The notes beneath the pieces were generated by a model. That model was given only the letters and a program-made list of their open reading frames with translations. It made no database searches and had not been told where the DNA came from. Shown here in pieces: positions 26,358 through 36,304 of a DNA stretch of 64,000 nt; within the stretch, counting starts at the first letter, position 1, and every line of letters begins with the position of its first letter. The DNA is taken from positions 1,627 to 65,626 of the IMG/VR virus record IMGVR_UViG_3300032050_000111. The stretch is one strand, 5' to 3'. Source of the stretch: a virus. Lineage: Duplodnaviria; Caudoviricetes. A program made the position numbers and the translations under genes.

Positions 26358-26908
26358 CGGGCATCGTAGACTTCCGCACAGCCCTCCTCGATGAGGACGG
26401 TAACCCGATCAATTCGGGTAATCCGTTGCCTACTACGGGGGGTGGGGGTGGTGGAGGTGGCGGGTCACTGTCAGATACTGTCTTCGTCGACAGCACCGGG
26501 CAACTGTTCGTCTACCGTGATACGGGGTCGGGCACTCCCGGTGCTTTTGCTATCCCTGCGTGGACTTCTTACACGCCCACGGGTGATGTAACGGTATCCC
26601 CTGTAAAGATCTCGGGGACTTCCACAGATGTTGTTGTGCCGGTGCATGACGAAGATGCGCACCTTCAGCTTTCCCGCATCATCAACGCGCTTTCTGCCCC
26701 GCAAGGGTACGACCGTGCATCGCAACGTCAGCGCGTAACAGCGGCTATTGAATCTGGCACTGTGACGACCGTAACAACGGTGACGACGGTGACGACGGTG
26801 ACGACGGTGACGGGCTTGACCAATATCGATGGACGTAACGGGGCCATGCTAATCAACCAGACAAATCTGGATGCGTGGGCTAACTGCGTAAGGGCGCGAA
26901 TTTCTTAG
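26354..26908 (+). CDS. hypothetical structural protein with poly-Gly and (VTT)n repeats
   Basis: ORF track; 9-bp repeat at 26762-26812. Confidence 0.75.
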   Translation: MTGIVDFRTALLDEDGNPINSGNPLPTTGGGGGGGGGSLSDTVFVDSTGQLFVYRDTGSGTPGAFAIPAWTSYTPTGDVTVSPVKISGTSTDVVVPVHDEDAHLQLSRIINALSAPQGYDRASQRQRVTAAIESGTVTTVTTVTTVTTVTTVTGLTNIDGRNGAMLINQTNLDAWANCVRARIS

Positions 26909-26917
26909 GCGTACGCG

Positions 26918-28525
26918 ATGGCTAACAATTTCAAAAAAGTCATCGATAGGCTTATTTGGGCGCAGGTCGCACCTTCGCCTAATGCGCATGCGGCGGCAAC
27001 GAGCATGTGCGCAGACATGCGCAGCGACTTGAGCCGCAACCCGTTTGCCTACAACCTGATCAGCGCGGCGATTCTCAATCGCTACAACATCATCACCAAA
27101 GCGTGGACGCTAGCGGTTAACCCCGGTCTCGGCGGCACCTTTGGTGCGGGCGCAGCGTCTGTGTTCGTGCCGTCTTTTGCAGCGGTTGGCACGATTGCTG
27201 CCGGCGCTACAACGACTTCGGTGCCGCTGACCACTGCACTCCCGACGGCGGTGGGCCTCAACATGCTGGCTAATCGGGGCGGCAGCGGCGACTACGGCTT
27301 CAAGCTCCGCGTCATTGATACGAGCGTTGGCAAAACGGAAGAGCGGTTTATTGTCGGCAATACCGCATCGTCAACACCCACCCTCACGCTGGACAACCCG
27401 CTGACGTTCACCCCAGCAATTGGTTCACGCTACGAACTGTTGTCTGGACGTGTGATGATGCTGTCGGCGGGTGCGCTGGCGGCTACGATTTTCCGCTCTT
27501 TCGAAGTAGCGACGAACACCCTTACGTCGCTTACTAACACGAACCTTCCTGCCACGATCAGCACTGATTCCAACATGTTGGCGTTGGATGAGCAGTACAC
27601 GCCATATGACATGAACCCCGGCGAAGGTATGGTGTTGGGTGGGTTTACGTACGACACCAACATCACCACACGTAAAGCCCTGACGGCCACCGCCTCCGGT
27701 GCTTCTACGCTGACGGGCCAAGCTTCTCTTGGCGACGCGGTTGTGTTGGCAAACGAATATCGGAACTTTCAGATCCGTATCGTTCAGGACACGGTGACGC
27801 CTGCAGCGGTTGGGCAGCGGCGCATTATCGCAAGCCACACGGCGGGCCCAAGCCCTGTGTACACCCTTGGCACTGCGTGGACTTTTCAGCCAAGCAGCAG
27901 CGCCAAGTACGTCATCGAGCTACCAAACCTGCTGCTGTTGCGGTCGTCTGCGACGACAACCGTCTACACCTACAACTACACCGACGCAACAATCAACAAC
28001 GGCACAAACAACATCGCAGCCAATGCGTGGTCCACGACGTACTTTGGGGTTGGCCCCGGCGCTAACGCAGCGGGGTGTTTGTGGACGCCTAGCTTCGGTA
28101 TCCAGCCTGATCCCGCGCGAAATGCGCGGCACAGCTTCTGCTACTTCTTCCGTGGCGGATCTGCGCTGGATGTGCTCGACATTGCCGGTGGCACTACCGG
28201 GGCTTGGAGCGGTGCGATTGTTTACGACGGCGCATTGACCACAGGCGCGGGCACAACCGGTGCGTATGCGCCTTACGGCGGCGAGGGGCGGTTCTGCTAC
28301 ATGAACGTCTATGTGGCATCGGCGGTTAATCAGTTGTATCGCTTCGATGTGAAGAACCGCGTGCTTAGTCCGCACACACCAACAGATTTTCTGCAATCAG
28401 GCACAGCGACACTTGGGTCTCGTATGGCCGCATACGCCGCCATCGACGGTACTGACAAGTACGATGTGATCTTGCTGCAAGCGCATCTGTCCACTATCTC
28501 GCAAGAACTTATCGCGCTGGTGTAG
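26918..28525 (+). CDS. large beta-rich protein, possible propeller/receptor-binding appendage
   Basis: Thr/Ala/Gly-rich; YFFRGG..LDVLDIA..W repeats. Confidence 0.7.
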   Translation: MANNFKKVIDRLIWAQVAPSPNAHAAATSMCADMRSDLSRNPFAYNLISAAILNRYNIITKAWTLAVNPGLGGTFGAGAASVFVPSFAAVGTIAAGATTTSVPLTTALPTAVGLNMLANRGGSGDYGFKLRVIDTSVGKTEERFIVGNTASSTPTLTLDNPLTFTPAIGSRYELLSGRVMMLSAGALAATIFRSFEVATNTLTSLTNTNLPATISTDSNMLALDEQYTPYDMNPGEGMVLGGFTYDTNITTRKALTATASGASTLTGQASLGDAVVLANEYRNFQIRIVQDTVTPAAVGQRRIIASHTAGPSPVYTLGTAWTFQPSSSAKYVIELPNLLLLRSSATTTVYTYNYTDATINNGTNNIAANAWSTTYFGVGPGANAAGCLWTPSFGIQPDPARNARHSFCYFFRGGSALDVLDIAGGTTGAWSGAIVYDGALTTGAGTTGAYAPYGGEGRFCYMNVYVASAVNQLYRFDVKNRVLSPHTPTDFLQSGTATLGSRMAAYAAIDGTDKYDVILLQAHLSTISQELIALV

Positions 28526-28527
28526 TG

Positions 28528-28695
28528 ATGACACTCAGTGATCTACTCAAGCTGGCGCAGTCTAGGCTTGCTTACCTAAATGGGCAGCGGGCGGATGCGG
28601 TGGCTATCGGCGATGCTGATGCTATTGCCCGACTTGATGTAGAGATCGGCGACACGCAGACCACGATTGCCCAACTTCAAGGCATGGGAGCCTGA
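28528..28695 (+). CDS. small helical-hairpin protein (55 aa)
   Basis: Hand translation MTLSDLLKLAQSRLAYLNGQR..TQTTIAQLQGMGA. Confidence 0.65.
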   Translation: MTLSDLLKLAQSRLAYLNGQRADAVAIGDADAIARLDVEIGDTQTTIAQLQGMGA

Positions 28696-28696
28696 T

Positions 28697-28942
28697 GTGG
28701 CAAAGACGCCAGCATGGCAGCGCAAGGAAGGCCAGAACCCTAAAGGCGGGCTGAACGCCAAAGGGCGTGCTTCTGCGAAAGCGCAGGGCATGAACTTGAA
28801 GCCCCCTCAGCCTGAAGGGGGCTCACGCCGCGACTCGTTCTGTGCCAGAATGAAAGGTATGAAACGAAAGTTGACTTCTGCTAAGACGGCAAGTGACCCC
28901 AATAGCAGGATCAACAAATCGTTGCGGGCGTGGAACTGCTGA
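28697..28942 (+). CDS. small basic protein (DUF6321-like)
   Basis: AWQRKEGQNPKGGLNAKGRAS..SFCARM..SLRAWNC. Confidence 0.8.
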   Translation: MAKTPAWQRKEGQNPKGGLNAKGRASAKAQGMNLKPPQPEGGSRRDSFCARMKGMKRKLTSAKTASDPNSRINKSLRAWNC

Positions 28943-28943
28943 C

Positions 28944-29123
28944 ATGAACACGGCGAGCGATCACGAAGTAGGGAAGCAGATTCTCGATGTGCTGTCAGTC
29001 GCAACAGTGATTGGAGCACTTGTGGACATTCTGCCTTCCGTTGCAGCGCTTTTCACAATCGTCTGGACCGGACTGCGCATCTGGGAGACGGACACTGTGC
29101 GCAAACTTACGGGGCGTGAGTGA
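28944..29123 (+). CDS. small membrane protein, holin-like
   Basis: Hydrophobic LPSVAALFTIVWTGLRIWE. Confidence 0.6.
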   Translation: MNTASDHEVGKQILDVLSVATVIGALVDILPSVAALFTIVWTGLRIWETDTVRKLTGRE

Positions 29124-29479
29124 TGCCGTACGCAAGCGAGAAGCAGAAGCGACTGATGCAAGGCGTGGCGCACAACCCCGCGTTCGCCAAGAAAGTGGGT
29201 ATCCCCCAGTCGGTGGGTAGGAAGTTTGCTGAACACAAAGCTGGCGGCGGTGCCGCTAAGGAGTCTGAGATGAAAGAATCTCCCGCGATGATGAAGAAGG
29301 AAGTGGCCTTCATGAAGAAGAAGGGCGCTCCGAAATCGATGATCAGGCACGAGATGGCGGAGGCCAAGGGTAAGCCTTTTGCCAATGGCGGCTACGTTCG
29401 TGCTGCTGACGGTGTTGCTCAGAAGGGCAAGACCAAGGCCAAACAAGTCAAGATGGCTGGCGGCGGCAAAACCTGCTGA
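29123..29479 (+). CDS. small basic virion-associated protein
   Basis: Lys/Met-rich; xxGG motifs. Confidence 0.75.
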   Translation: MPYASEKQKRLMQGVAHNPAFAKKVGIPQSVGRKFAEHKAGGGAAKESEMKESPAMMKKEVAFMKKKGAPKSMIRHEMAEAKGKPFANGGYVRAADGVAQKGKTKAKQVKMAGGGKTC

Positions 29480-29487
29480 GGTGAACC

Positions 29488-30255
29488 ATGAAAGCGAAGC
29501 GGTACCAAGAAGGCGGGGATGTACCTGAAGGGGGTCGCTTCGCTCAGAGCGACCCGGACATCTACCGACGGGCGCGCGATGCGGTTATGCGAGCGCAGAT
29601 CGATGAGCAGTTTGGCGAAAAACAGGCTCGTCCTGCCAGCCGTCCTGCCGGTCGTCGTGCCGCTGCGCCTACTGATACGGGCGATGAGACTGCACGGCTG
29701 AGCCGGCGTAGCACGCCTGAGACTCCCGCCGCATCGGGCAAAGACCTTGAACGTATGCAACGCATGGAGCGTGCGCAGGCGCTGGAGCGCGTGGAGCCTG
29801 AGGCGATGATGCCGCCCCTCCGCGCACTGCGTGGAGCGGCTGCAGGGGCTTCTACGGGGCGTGCGCTGGCAAACACGGCCCCGGTAGCGCGGTTCCTTGG
29901 GCGCGGCGAGCCTACGCGTATGGCGCCTGAGCTTGCAGGGCCTGCAGGGCGGCGTTTGCCGCCTCCTGCGGAACCCGCGCCTTCGCGGCTGCTGCCGTCT
30001 CCGACCCCACGCCCGGGGTCTGGTGGCGCCGCTGCGCAGCTTGAAGGGCCGCGTGCGTCGATGCGCGCTACGCCTTCTCGTGGACCCGGTGGCAAGGGTG
30101 GCAAACTTCGCGCGGAGCCGCCTAAGCGTAAGCCCCCGCGCGATGACGACGAGATGCGGATGTCCGACGATGGGGGTGCGTTCAAGAAGGGCGGCTATGT
30201 CCGCTCGGCGGATGGGATTGCTTCGCGGGGCAAGACGAAAGGCAGGTACATCTGA
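29488..30255 (+). CDS. low-complexity basic protein
   Basis: YQEGG; FKKGG..ADGIASRGKTKG. Confidence 0.7.
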   Translation: MKAKRYQEGGDVPEGGRFAQSDPDIYRRARDAVMRAQIDEQFGEKQARPASRPAGRRAAAPTDTGDETARLSRRSTPETPAASGKDLERMQRMERAQALERVEPEAMMPPLRALRGAAAGASTGRALANTAPVARFLGRGEPTRMAPELAGPAGRRLPPPAEPAPSRLLPSPTPRPGSGGAAAQLEGPRASMRATPSRGPGGKGGKLRAEPPKRKPPRDDDEMRMSDDGGAFKKGGYVRSADGIASRGKTKGRYI

Positions 30256-30491
30256 TGCGGCCGAGCCGTGGCATGGGCGCGATTGCCCCGGCTAAGCGCC
30301 CGCGTACAGTGGTCAAGCGTGACGGCACTGAGCCTGTCAAGATGTTGGCCAAAGGCGGCTTGTACGAGAACATTCACGCCAAGCGTAAGCGTATCGCTGC
30401 CGGTAGCGGCGAAAAGATGCGCAAGCCCGGCGCCCCCGGTGCGCCGACGGCACAAGCGTTCGTGCAGTCGGCAAAGACTGCGAAGAGATAG
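30255..30491 (+). CDS. small basic protein
   Basis: RGMGAI..LAKGGLYENIHAKRKRI. Confidence 0.75.
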   Translation: MRPSRGMGAIAPAKRPRTVVKRDGTEPVKMLAKGGLYENIHAKRKRIAAGSGEKMRKPGAPGAPTAQAFVQSAKTAKR

Positions 30492-30492
30492 C

Positions 30493-31188
30493 ATGACTAC
30501 ATCCGGCACCACCCTATTTGACTTAGACCTTGTTGAGCTAGTCGAAGAGGCAGGGGAGCGTGCTGGCTTCGAGATTCGCACGGGCTATGACATGCGCTCC
30601 GCCCGTCGAAGTCTCAACCTTTTGTTTGCAGATTGGGCCAATCGCGGGCTCAACATGTTCACGTTTGAGCAACTGTCACAAGTGCTCACGCCCGGAACGG
30701 CAGCATACCCGCTGCCGGCGGATACCGTGGACATCATGGAGGCGGTGATTCGTACCAACGCAGGTTCCGTCTCCAACCAGACAGATATCGCCATCTCTCG
30801 CATCAGCGTTTCGACCTACTCGACGCTGCCAAACAAGCTGCAGCAAGCGCGCCCTCTTCAGTATTTCGTCAAGCGGGGTGTGGATGTCCCCACGGTCACT
30901 TTGTGGCCGGTGCCAGACACGTCACAGACTTACACGCTGGTCTACTGGCGGCTTCGCCGCATTCAAGACGCAGGCAACGGCACCAACACGATGGACGTGC
31001 CTTTCCGCTTCATTCCCTGCATGGTGGCGGGGCTGGCGTACTACCTTGCAATCAAGCGGCCCGAGAGCATGGATCGCGTCCAGATGCTTAAGGCGCAGTA
31101 CGACGAAGCGTGGCAGCTTGCGTCTGACGAGGACCGGGAGAAGGCGTCGGTGCGATTTATCCCGCGCTTTTCGCCGTTGGGGAGATGA
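30493..31188 (+). CDS. putative head-tail connector / tail tubular A-like protein
   Basis: ARRSLNLLFADWANRGLN..LWPVPD..PFRFIPCMVAGLAYYLA. Confidence 0.7.
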   Translation: MTTSGTTLFDLDLVELVEEAGERAGFEIRTGYDMRSARRSLNLLFADWANRGLNMFTFEQLSQVLTPGTAAYPLPADTVDIMEAVIRTNAGSVSNQTDIAISRISVSTYSTLPNKLQQARPLQYFVKRGVDVPTVTLWPVPDTSQTYTLVYWRLRRIQDAGNGTNTMDVPFRFIPCMVAGLAYYLAIKRPESMDRVQMLKAQYDEAWQLASDEDREKASVRFIPRFSPLGR

Positions 31189-31191
31189 TGT

Positions 31192-31575
31192 ATGCCCCAG
31201 CCGTTCGCATCAGCCAGACACTCTATTGCGGAGTGTGACAGGTGTGGGTTTCGCTTTAAGCTGCGCCAACTTAAGCAACTGACAATCAAGTTCACGCAAG
31301 TGAACATCATGGTGTGTCGGGAGTGCTGGGAGGCCAGTCACCCTCAGCTGCTTCTGGGCACCTTCCCGATTGAAGACCCTCAAGCCGTGCGCAACCCCCG
31401 CCCGGATCGAAGCTACGTCTCTTCGGGGCTCAACGTGCTCGGCAACCCCGGCGACGGGAGCCGCATCACGCAGTGGGGATGGGCGCCGGTAGGGGGCCCT
31501 AGAGCCAACGATGACGGGCTGACGCCAAACTACTTGGTGAGCCGCGCAGAACTCGGTACAGTAACGATATCGTAG
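31192..31575 (+). CDS. zinc-binding hypothetical protein
   Basis: CDRCG..VCRECW..HPQL..DPQAVRNPRPD. Confidence 0.8.
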   Translation: MPQPFASARHSIAECDRCGFRFKLRQLKQLTIKFTQVNIMVCRECWEASHPQLLLGTFPIEDPQAVRNPRPDRSYVSSGLNVLGNPGDGSRITQWGWAPVGGPRANDDGLTPNYLVSRAELGTVTIS

Positions 31576-31589
31576 TCACGGAGGTCCAC

Positions 31590-31742
31590 ATGGATAAGAT
31601 GAAAAAGGTCGCATCGGCCGAAGTCAAGAAGCACGAGCAGCGGATGCACAAGATGGCAAAGGGCGGTGTCACGTCCGCGATGGCACAGCAAATGGGCCGT
31701 AACATGGCTCGTGTCAAGAACCAAGGCAAGGTGGGAAAATAA
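31590..31742 (+). CDS. small basic protein (50 aa)
   Basis: SD GGAGG; HEQRMHKMAKGG..MGRNMAR. Confidence 0.7.
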   Translation: MDKMKKVASAEVKKHEQRMHKMAKGGVTSAMAQQMGRNMARVKNQGKVGK

Positions 31743-31906
31743 TGGCCAAGACCAAACAGCCGGCAGAACCCACGCTGCAGAACATGCGCGTTAGCGTTGG
31801 CGCGTACTCCAACAAACCGTGTCCTGAGATCAAGACATCGGGCATCAAGATTCGCGGTACCGGGGCCGCTACCAAGGGCACCATGGCGCGTGGGCCGATG
31901 GCGTAA
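31742..31906 (+). CDS. small basic protein (54 aa)
   Basis: KTSGIKIRGTGAATKGTMARGPMA. Confidence 0.75.
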   Translation: MAKTKQPAEPTLQNMRVSVGAYSNKPCPEIKTSGIKIRGTGAATKGTMARGPMA

Positions 31907-31909
31907 GAT

Positions 31910-32566
31910 ATGACCTATACCGAGCTTGTCGCAGCGATTCAGGGGTTCCTAGAGAACACCTTCGATACGGTTGATGTGAACACCTGCATCAAGCAGGCGG
32001 AGCAGCGCATCTACCAGACGGTCAATTTTGCGGCATCTCGGAAAGCCACGACGCTTACGGCGGTCATCGGGTCGCCGTACATCACCTGCCCTTCGGACTT
32101 CCTTTCAGCGCACTCGTTGGCAGTCGTTCCTGCTTCGGGCGTGTACACCTACCTGCTGAACAAAGACCCCAGCTTCATCCGAGAGACGTATCCGACGGTC
32201 GCGGCTACGGGGTTGCCTAAGGTGTACGGCATCTACGGCGTAGATCAGTCTGACGCCAAGGAGCTTCGGTTCATTCTGGGACCGACGCCAGATCTCGCCT
32301 ACAGTCTCCCGCTTGAGTACTACCACTACCCCGAGTCGATCACGACGGCGGTAAGTGGGCGCACATGGCTCGGGGACAACATGGACACCGTGCTGCTCTA
32401 CGGCGCGCTTGTCGAATGTTACGTTTTCCTCAAGGGCGAGGCAGATCTGATCAAGCTGTACGACGACAAGTACAAGGAAGCGCTGTTGCTTGCCAAGAGG
32501 CTGGGCGATGGGGCAGAAAAGCAAGACCAGTACCGGTCAGGCTTCCAAAAAACCCCGGTGAGGTGA
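31910..32566 (+). CDS. putative head-tail adaptor
   Basis: MTYTEL..IKQAEQRI..LGPTPD..TWLGDN..LLYGAL. Confidence 0.7.
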   Translation: MTYTELVAAIQGFLENTFDTVDVNTCIKQAEQRIYQTVNFAASRKATTLTAVIGSPYITCPSDFLSAHSLAVVPASGVYTYLLNKDPSFIRETYPTVAATGLPKVYGIYGVDQSDAKELRFILGPTPDLAYSLPLEYYHYPESITTAVSGRTWLGDNMDTVLLYGALVECYVFLKGEADLIKLYDDKYKEALLLAKRLGDGAEKQDQYRSGFQKTPVR

Positions 32567-32567
32567 T

Positions 32568-32996
32568 ATGCCCATCGCACAAACCCTCACAACGTCGTTC
32601 AAGGTTGGACTGCTTACAGCATCGTTCAACTTCAACGCCGGCACTTACCGGATGGCTTTGTACACGGCCACAGCGAATATCGGCGCAAGCACCACAGGGT
32701 ACACCGCTTCTGGCGAGATTACGGGTACCGGCTATACAGCAGGTGGAACGATCATCACGGTCACCACTGCGCCAACCTCAACGGGCACGACCGCGTTCTT
32801 CGGGTTCAGCGATGCAACTTGGACAGGTGCGTCGTTTGTCGCGCGAGGGGCGTTGATCTATCTGGACAACGGAACAACCAATCCAAGCATCGCGGTGCTG
32901 GATTTCGGCGCTGACAAGGTAGCGACCCCCAGCGTACCTTTTGTTGTCGCAATGCCTGCCCCCACAGCAACTTCTGCGCTTATTCGACTGCCATGA
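32568..32996 (+). CDS. putative tail protein
   Basis: ALYT..GTGYTAGG..ARGALIY..AVLDFGADK. Confidence 0.75.
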   Translation: MPIAQTLTTSFKVGLLTASFNFNAGTYRMALYTATANIGASTTGYTASGEITGTGYTAGGTIITVTTAPTSTGTTAFFGFSDATWTGASFVARGALIYLDNGTTNPSIAVLDFGADKVATPSVPFVVAMPAPTATSALIRLP

Positions 32997-35398
32997 CGAC
33001 ATACACTGCAAATCTTGGACTCGCGCTGCCGGTCACGGGCGATCTTACCGGCACATGGGGGCAGACGGTAAATGACGCTATCACGACGCTGCTGGATTCC
33101 GCTGTAGCCGGAACGACTACGCTCAGCACGGATGCTGACGTAACACTTACTGACACAACAGGTGCGACCAATCAAGCACGCCAAGCGGTCATTTTGTGGA
33201 CGGCTACGGGTACGCTGACGCGAAATATCACTGCGCCGGCAAGAACCAAAGTCTATGTGGTTATCAACTCCACGGGCGGGACACAGTCGATTGTTCTGCG
33301 AGGTGCGGGGCCGACCACGGGTGTAACGGTTGTTGCTGGCGAGCGCTGTGTTGTTGCGTGGAACGGTTCCGACTTTGCAAAGGTGGCGTCTACGCTTCCT
33401 TTGAGCACGATTACGGTGGCGCAGGGAGGCACTGGCGCAACCACGCTGACCGCCAACAACGTGATCCTCGGCAATGGCGCCTCGCCTGTGCAATTTGTGG
33501 CTCCCGGCACAAACGGAAACATTCTGACCAGCAACGGCACGACTTGGACTTCGGCCACGCCTTCGGCAACGGGCGTCACGACGATCACGTTCGGCACCAC
33601 GGGCCTGACTCCAGCTACGGCGACCTCCGGGGCGGTCTCAGTCGCAGGCACGCTGGTGGCCGCTAACGGCGGAACCGGGCAGTCTTCTTATGCCGTCGGT
33701 GACCTCCTGTTCGCCTCGACCACCACTGCACTGTCCAAGCTGGCCGATGTCGCAACGGGCAACGCGCTTATTTCGGGCGGTGTAGGGGTAGCACCTTCCT
33801 ACGGCAAGATCGGCCTTACCACGCATGTCTCTGGCACGCTACCCGTTTCCAACGGCGGCACGGGTGCAACCACGCTGACGGCCAACAACGTCATCCTCGG
33901 CAATGGCACTTCCGCTCCGCTCTTCGTAGCCCCCGGCGCGTCGGGCAACGTGCTCACGAGCAACGGCACGACTTGGACTTCTGCGGCTGCTGGCGCTTCG
34001 CTGCTGGGCGACACCGACTCGGCCACGCCGTTTGAGACCTCGCTGGGCTTTGAGGCGGGGAACTCGACTACCGGGGTGAATAACACGTTCATCGGGTATC
34101 AGGCGGGCAAGGCGAATACGTCAGGCCAAGATAACGCAGCGCTTGGGTACCAAGCGCTGGATGCCAATACAACCGGCGTGTACAACACCGCGCTGGGCAG
34201 CGAAGCTCTTGGTGCAAATACCACCGGAAGTAGAAACACGGCTGTAGGGCGCGCCGCACTTACATCTTCTACTGGCGACTACAACACGGCGACCGGCAAT
34301 GAAGCGCTGTTCTCAAACACTACAGGCAATTATAATACTGCCGTAGGCAACGAGGCACTGCGAACGAACACTTTTGGCAGCAATAACGCTGCCGTAGGGC
34401 ATCAGGCGCTTTACGCCAACACGACCGGATCGCAAAATGTAGCTTTTGGCTATCAAGCATTGGATTCCAATACTACCGGCAATGATAATACTGCTTTTGG
34501 CGCAGGCTCGCTTGCCGCTAACACAATAGGCACTAATAACGTCGCAGTTGGGCGCCGTGCACTTGAAGCAAACACCACCGGCGTTGATAACGTAGCTGTG
34601 GGAGCGACGGCCCTTGACGCCAATACTACCGGATACTCAAACACAGCCGTCGGCTTTACCGCTCTAGGGGCCAATACGACTGGGTACGAAAACACCGCGT
34701 TGGGTCGCGCGTTAGCAGCTAACACCACGGGCTACTCAAACACGGCTGTAGGCTATTTGGCGCTTAGCGTCAACTCAACCGGAATTGAGAATGTTGCCGT
34801 TGGACGCTCGGCTTTGTCGCAAGCTACTACTGGTAATAATAACGCTGCAGTTGGATGTTTCGCCGGCTCTGCGATTACTACTGGTACGCAAAACACCCTT
34901 CTTGGCGCTAACGCCGGCAATTCTGGCACCAACAACCTGACCACCGGCTCCAACAACACCATCATCGGCTACAACGCTGCATCGTCCAGCGCCACGGTCT
35001 CCAACGAGATCACGCTCGGCAACAGCAGTATCGCGACCATCCGCGCGCAGGTCACCACGATCACCGCGCTCTCGGATGCACGGGACAAGCGCAATGTGCG
35101 CCCCCTGCCGGCGGGGTTGGATTTCGTCAACGCACTGCGTCCTGTGGCTTTTGAATGGGCCATGCGCGACGGCGGCAAGGTCGGCGTGCCCGATACCGGA
35201 TTCATCGCGCAGGATCTGCAGGAGGTGCAGGAAGCCACCGAGACCGAGATCCCCGGTCTTGTGTACGCAAGCAACCCCGACAAGCTGGAAGCCGGCTATG
35301 GCAAACTGCTGCCCGTGCTGGTGAAAGCGATTCAAGATCTCTCGGCACAAGTTCAATCTCTCCAAGCGCAAGTCGCGCAACTTCAAGGAGCAAAGTGA
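32993..35398 (+). CDS. tail fibre with repeat shaft and peptidase S74 intramolecular chaperone
   Basis: GGTG repeats; many ~16-aa NTTG.NTA.G..AL repeats; SDARDK cleavage site; GFIAQD; LVKAIQDL. Confidence 0.9.
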   Translation: MTTYTANLGLALPVTGDLTGTWGQTVNDAITTLLDSAVAGTTTLSTDADVTLTDTTGATNQARQAVILWTATGTLTRNITAPARTKVYVVINSTGGTQSIVLRGAGPTTGVTVVAGERCVVAWNGSDFAKVASTLPLSTITVAQGGTGATTLTANNVILGNGASPVQFVAPGTNGNILTSNGTTWTSATPSATGVTTITFGTTGLTPATATSGAVSVAGTLVAANGGTGQSSYAVGDLLFASTTTALSKLADVATGNALISGGVGVAPSYGKIGLTTHVSGTLPVSNGGTGATTLTANNVILGNGTSAPLFVAPGASGNVLTSNGTTWTSAAAGASLLGDTDSATPFETSLGFEAGNSTTGVNNTFIGYQAGKANTSGQDNAALGYQALDANTTGVYNTALGSEALGANTTGSRNTAVGRAALTSSTGDYNTATGNEALFSNTTGNYNTAVGNEALRTNTFGSNNAAVGHQALYANTTGSQNVAFGYQALDSNTTGNDNTAFGAGSLAANTIGTNNVAVGRRALEANTTGVDNVAVGATALDANTTGYSNTAVGFTALGANTTGYENTALGRALAANTTGYSNTAVGYLALSVNSTGIENVAVGRSALSQATTGNNNAAVGCFAGSAITTGTQNTLLGANAGNSGTNNLTTGSNNTIIGYNAASSSATVSNEITLGNSSIATIRAQVTTITALSDARDKRNVRPLPAGLDFVNALRPVAFEWAMRDGGKVGVPDTGFIAQDLQEVQEATETEIPGLVYASNPDKLEAGYGKLLPVLVKAIQDLSAQVQSLQAQVAQLQGAK

Positions 35399-35637
35399 TG
35401 GATACCCCTACCCCCGAAGAAATCGCTCAGCAGTACAGCGCGCTGGGCGACAGCGTCTGGCTCATCAACGCGATCATCGCGGGCCAGCAGATGAAGGGGG
35501 CAAGCGAGCAGGAAAAGAAGGATGCAGTCGGTCGCAACGTCGCGCACCTCGAACTGATGCGTGTCAAGGAATACTGGACCGATGAAGACATGACTGCCGT
35601 GGACGCCGCGATTGCCGCAGGCAAGGCGTATGTCTGA
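35398..35637 (+). CDS. putative tail-fibre accessory protein
   Basis: Follows the tail fibre; RNVAHLELM..WTDEDMT. Confidence 0.7.
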   Translation: MDTPTPEEIAQQYSALGDSVWLINAIIAGQQMKGASEQEKKDAVGRNVAHLELMRVKEYWTDEDMTAVDAAIAAGKAYV

Positions 35638-36301
35638 GGAACTCCCCCAGCGCAACGTCCTGATCGCCACGCCGGCCTACGATGGTCGGCTGGATGTCTG
35701 GTACACGAACTCGCTCATCAACACCGTGCGCATCGCGCAGGCAAGCAACATCTTCGTGCATCCGGTGTTCATGTCTTACGACGCGCTGATCCAGCGGGCG
35801 CGCAACGACCTCTTCGGTATTGCCGTCGAGGGCGAGTACGACGACATGATCTTCATCGACTCCGACATGGAGTGGAACCCGCACTGGGTCATGGAACTGC
35901 TCGCCCGCCCAGAGGATGTCGTGGGTGGCACAGCGCGCAAGAAGACCGACGATGCCGAGATCTATGTCACCAAGACCCGCGACCTGACGGTGCACGAGAA
36001 CGGCCTGATCAAGGTCGACGCGCTGGGCACCGGGTTCGTACGCCTTAGCCGCAAGGCATTTACTGCGCTTTGGGAGGCAAGCCCGGAATACGCCAACGAA
36101 GGGCGCGTGCGGCGCATGGTGTGTGATGTCCAGATCGTGGACGGCGTGCTGTATTCTGAGGACACCGTGCTCTTCAAGAAGCTCGCGGAGCTTGGGTTCG
36201 ACTGCTGGCTCGACCCGCGTATGACCTGCGCGCACATCGGCACCAAGAAGTTCTACGGTGACATCCAAGCGTTCATCAAGCGCCTAGCCCCTGTGGAGTA
36301 A
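35630..36301 (+). CDS. glycosyltransferase, GT-A fold
   Basis: VLIATPAY..RARN..FIDSD (DxD)..GTGF..SED..F..DP..HIG. Confidence 0.85.
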   Translation: MSEELPQRNVLIATPAYDGRLDVWYTNSLINTVRIAQASNIFVHPVFMSYDALIQRARNDLFGIAVEGEYDDMIFIDSDMEWNPHWVMELLARPEDVVGGTARKKTDDAEIYVTKTRDLTVHENGLIKVDALGTGFVRLSRKAFTALWEASPEYANEGRVRRMVCDVQIVDGVLYSEDTVLFKKLAELGFDCWLDPRMTCAHIGTKKFYGDIQAFIKRLAPVE

Positions 36302-36304
36302 TCC

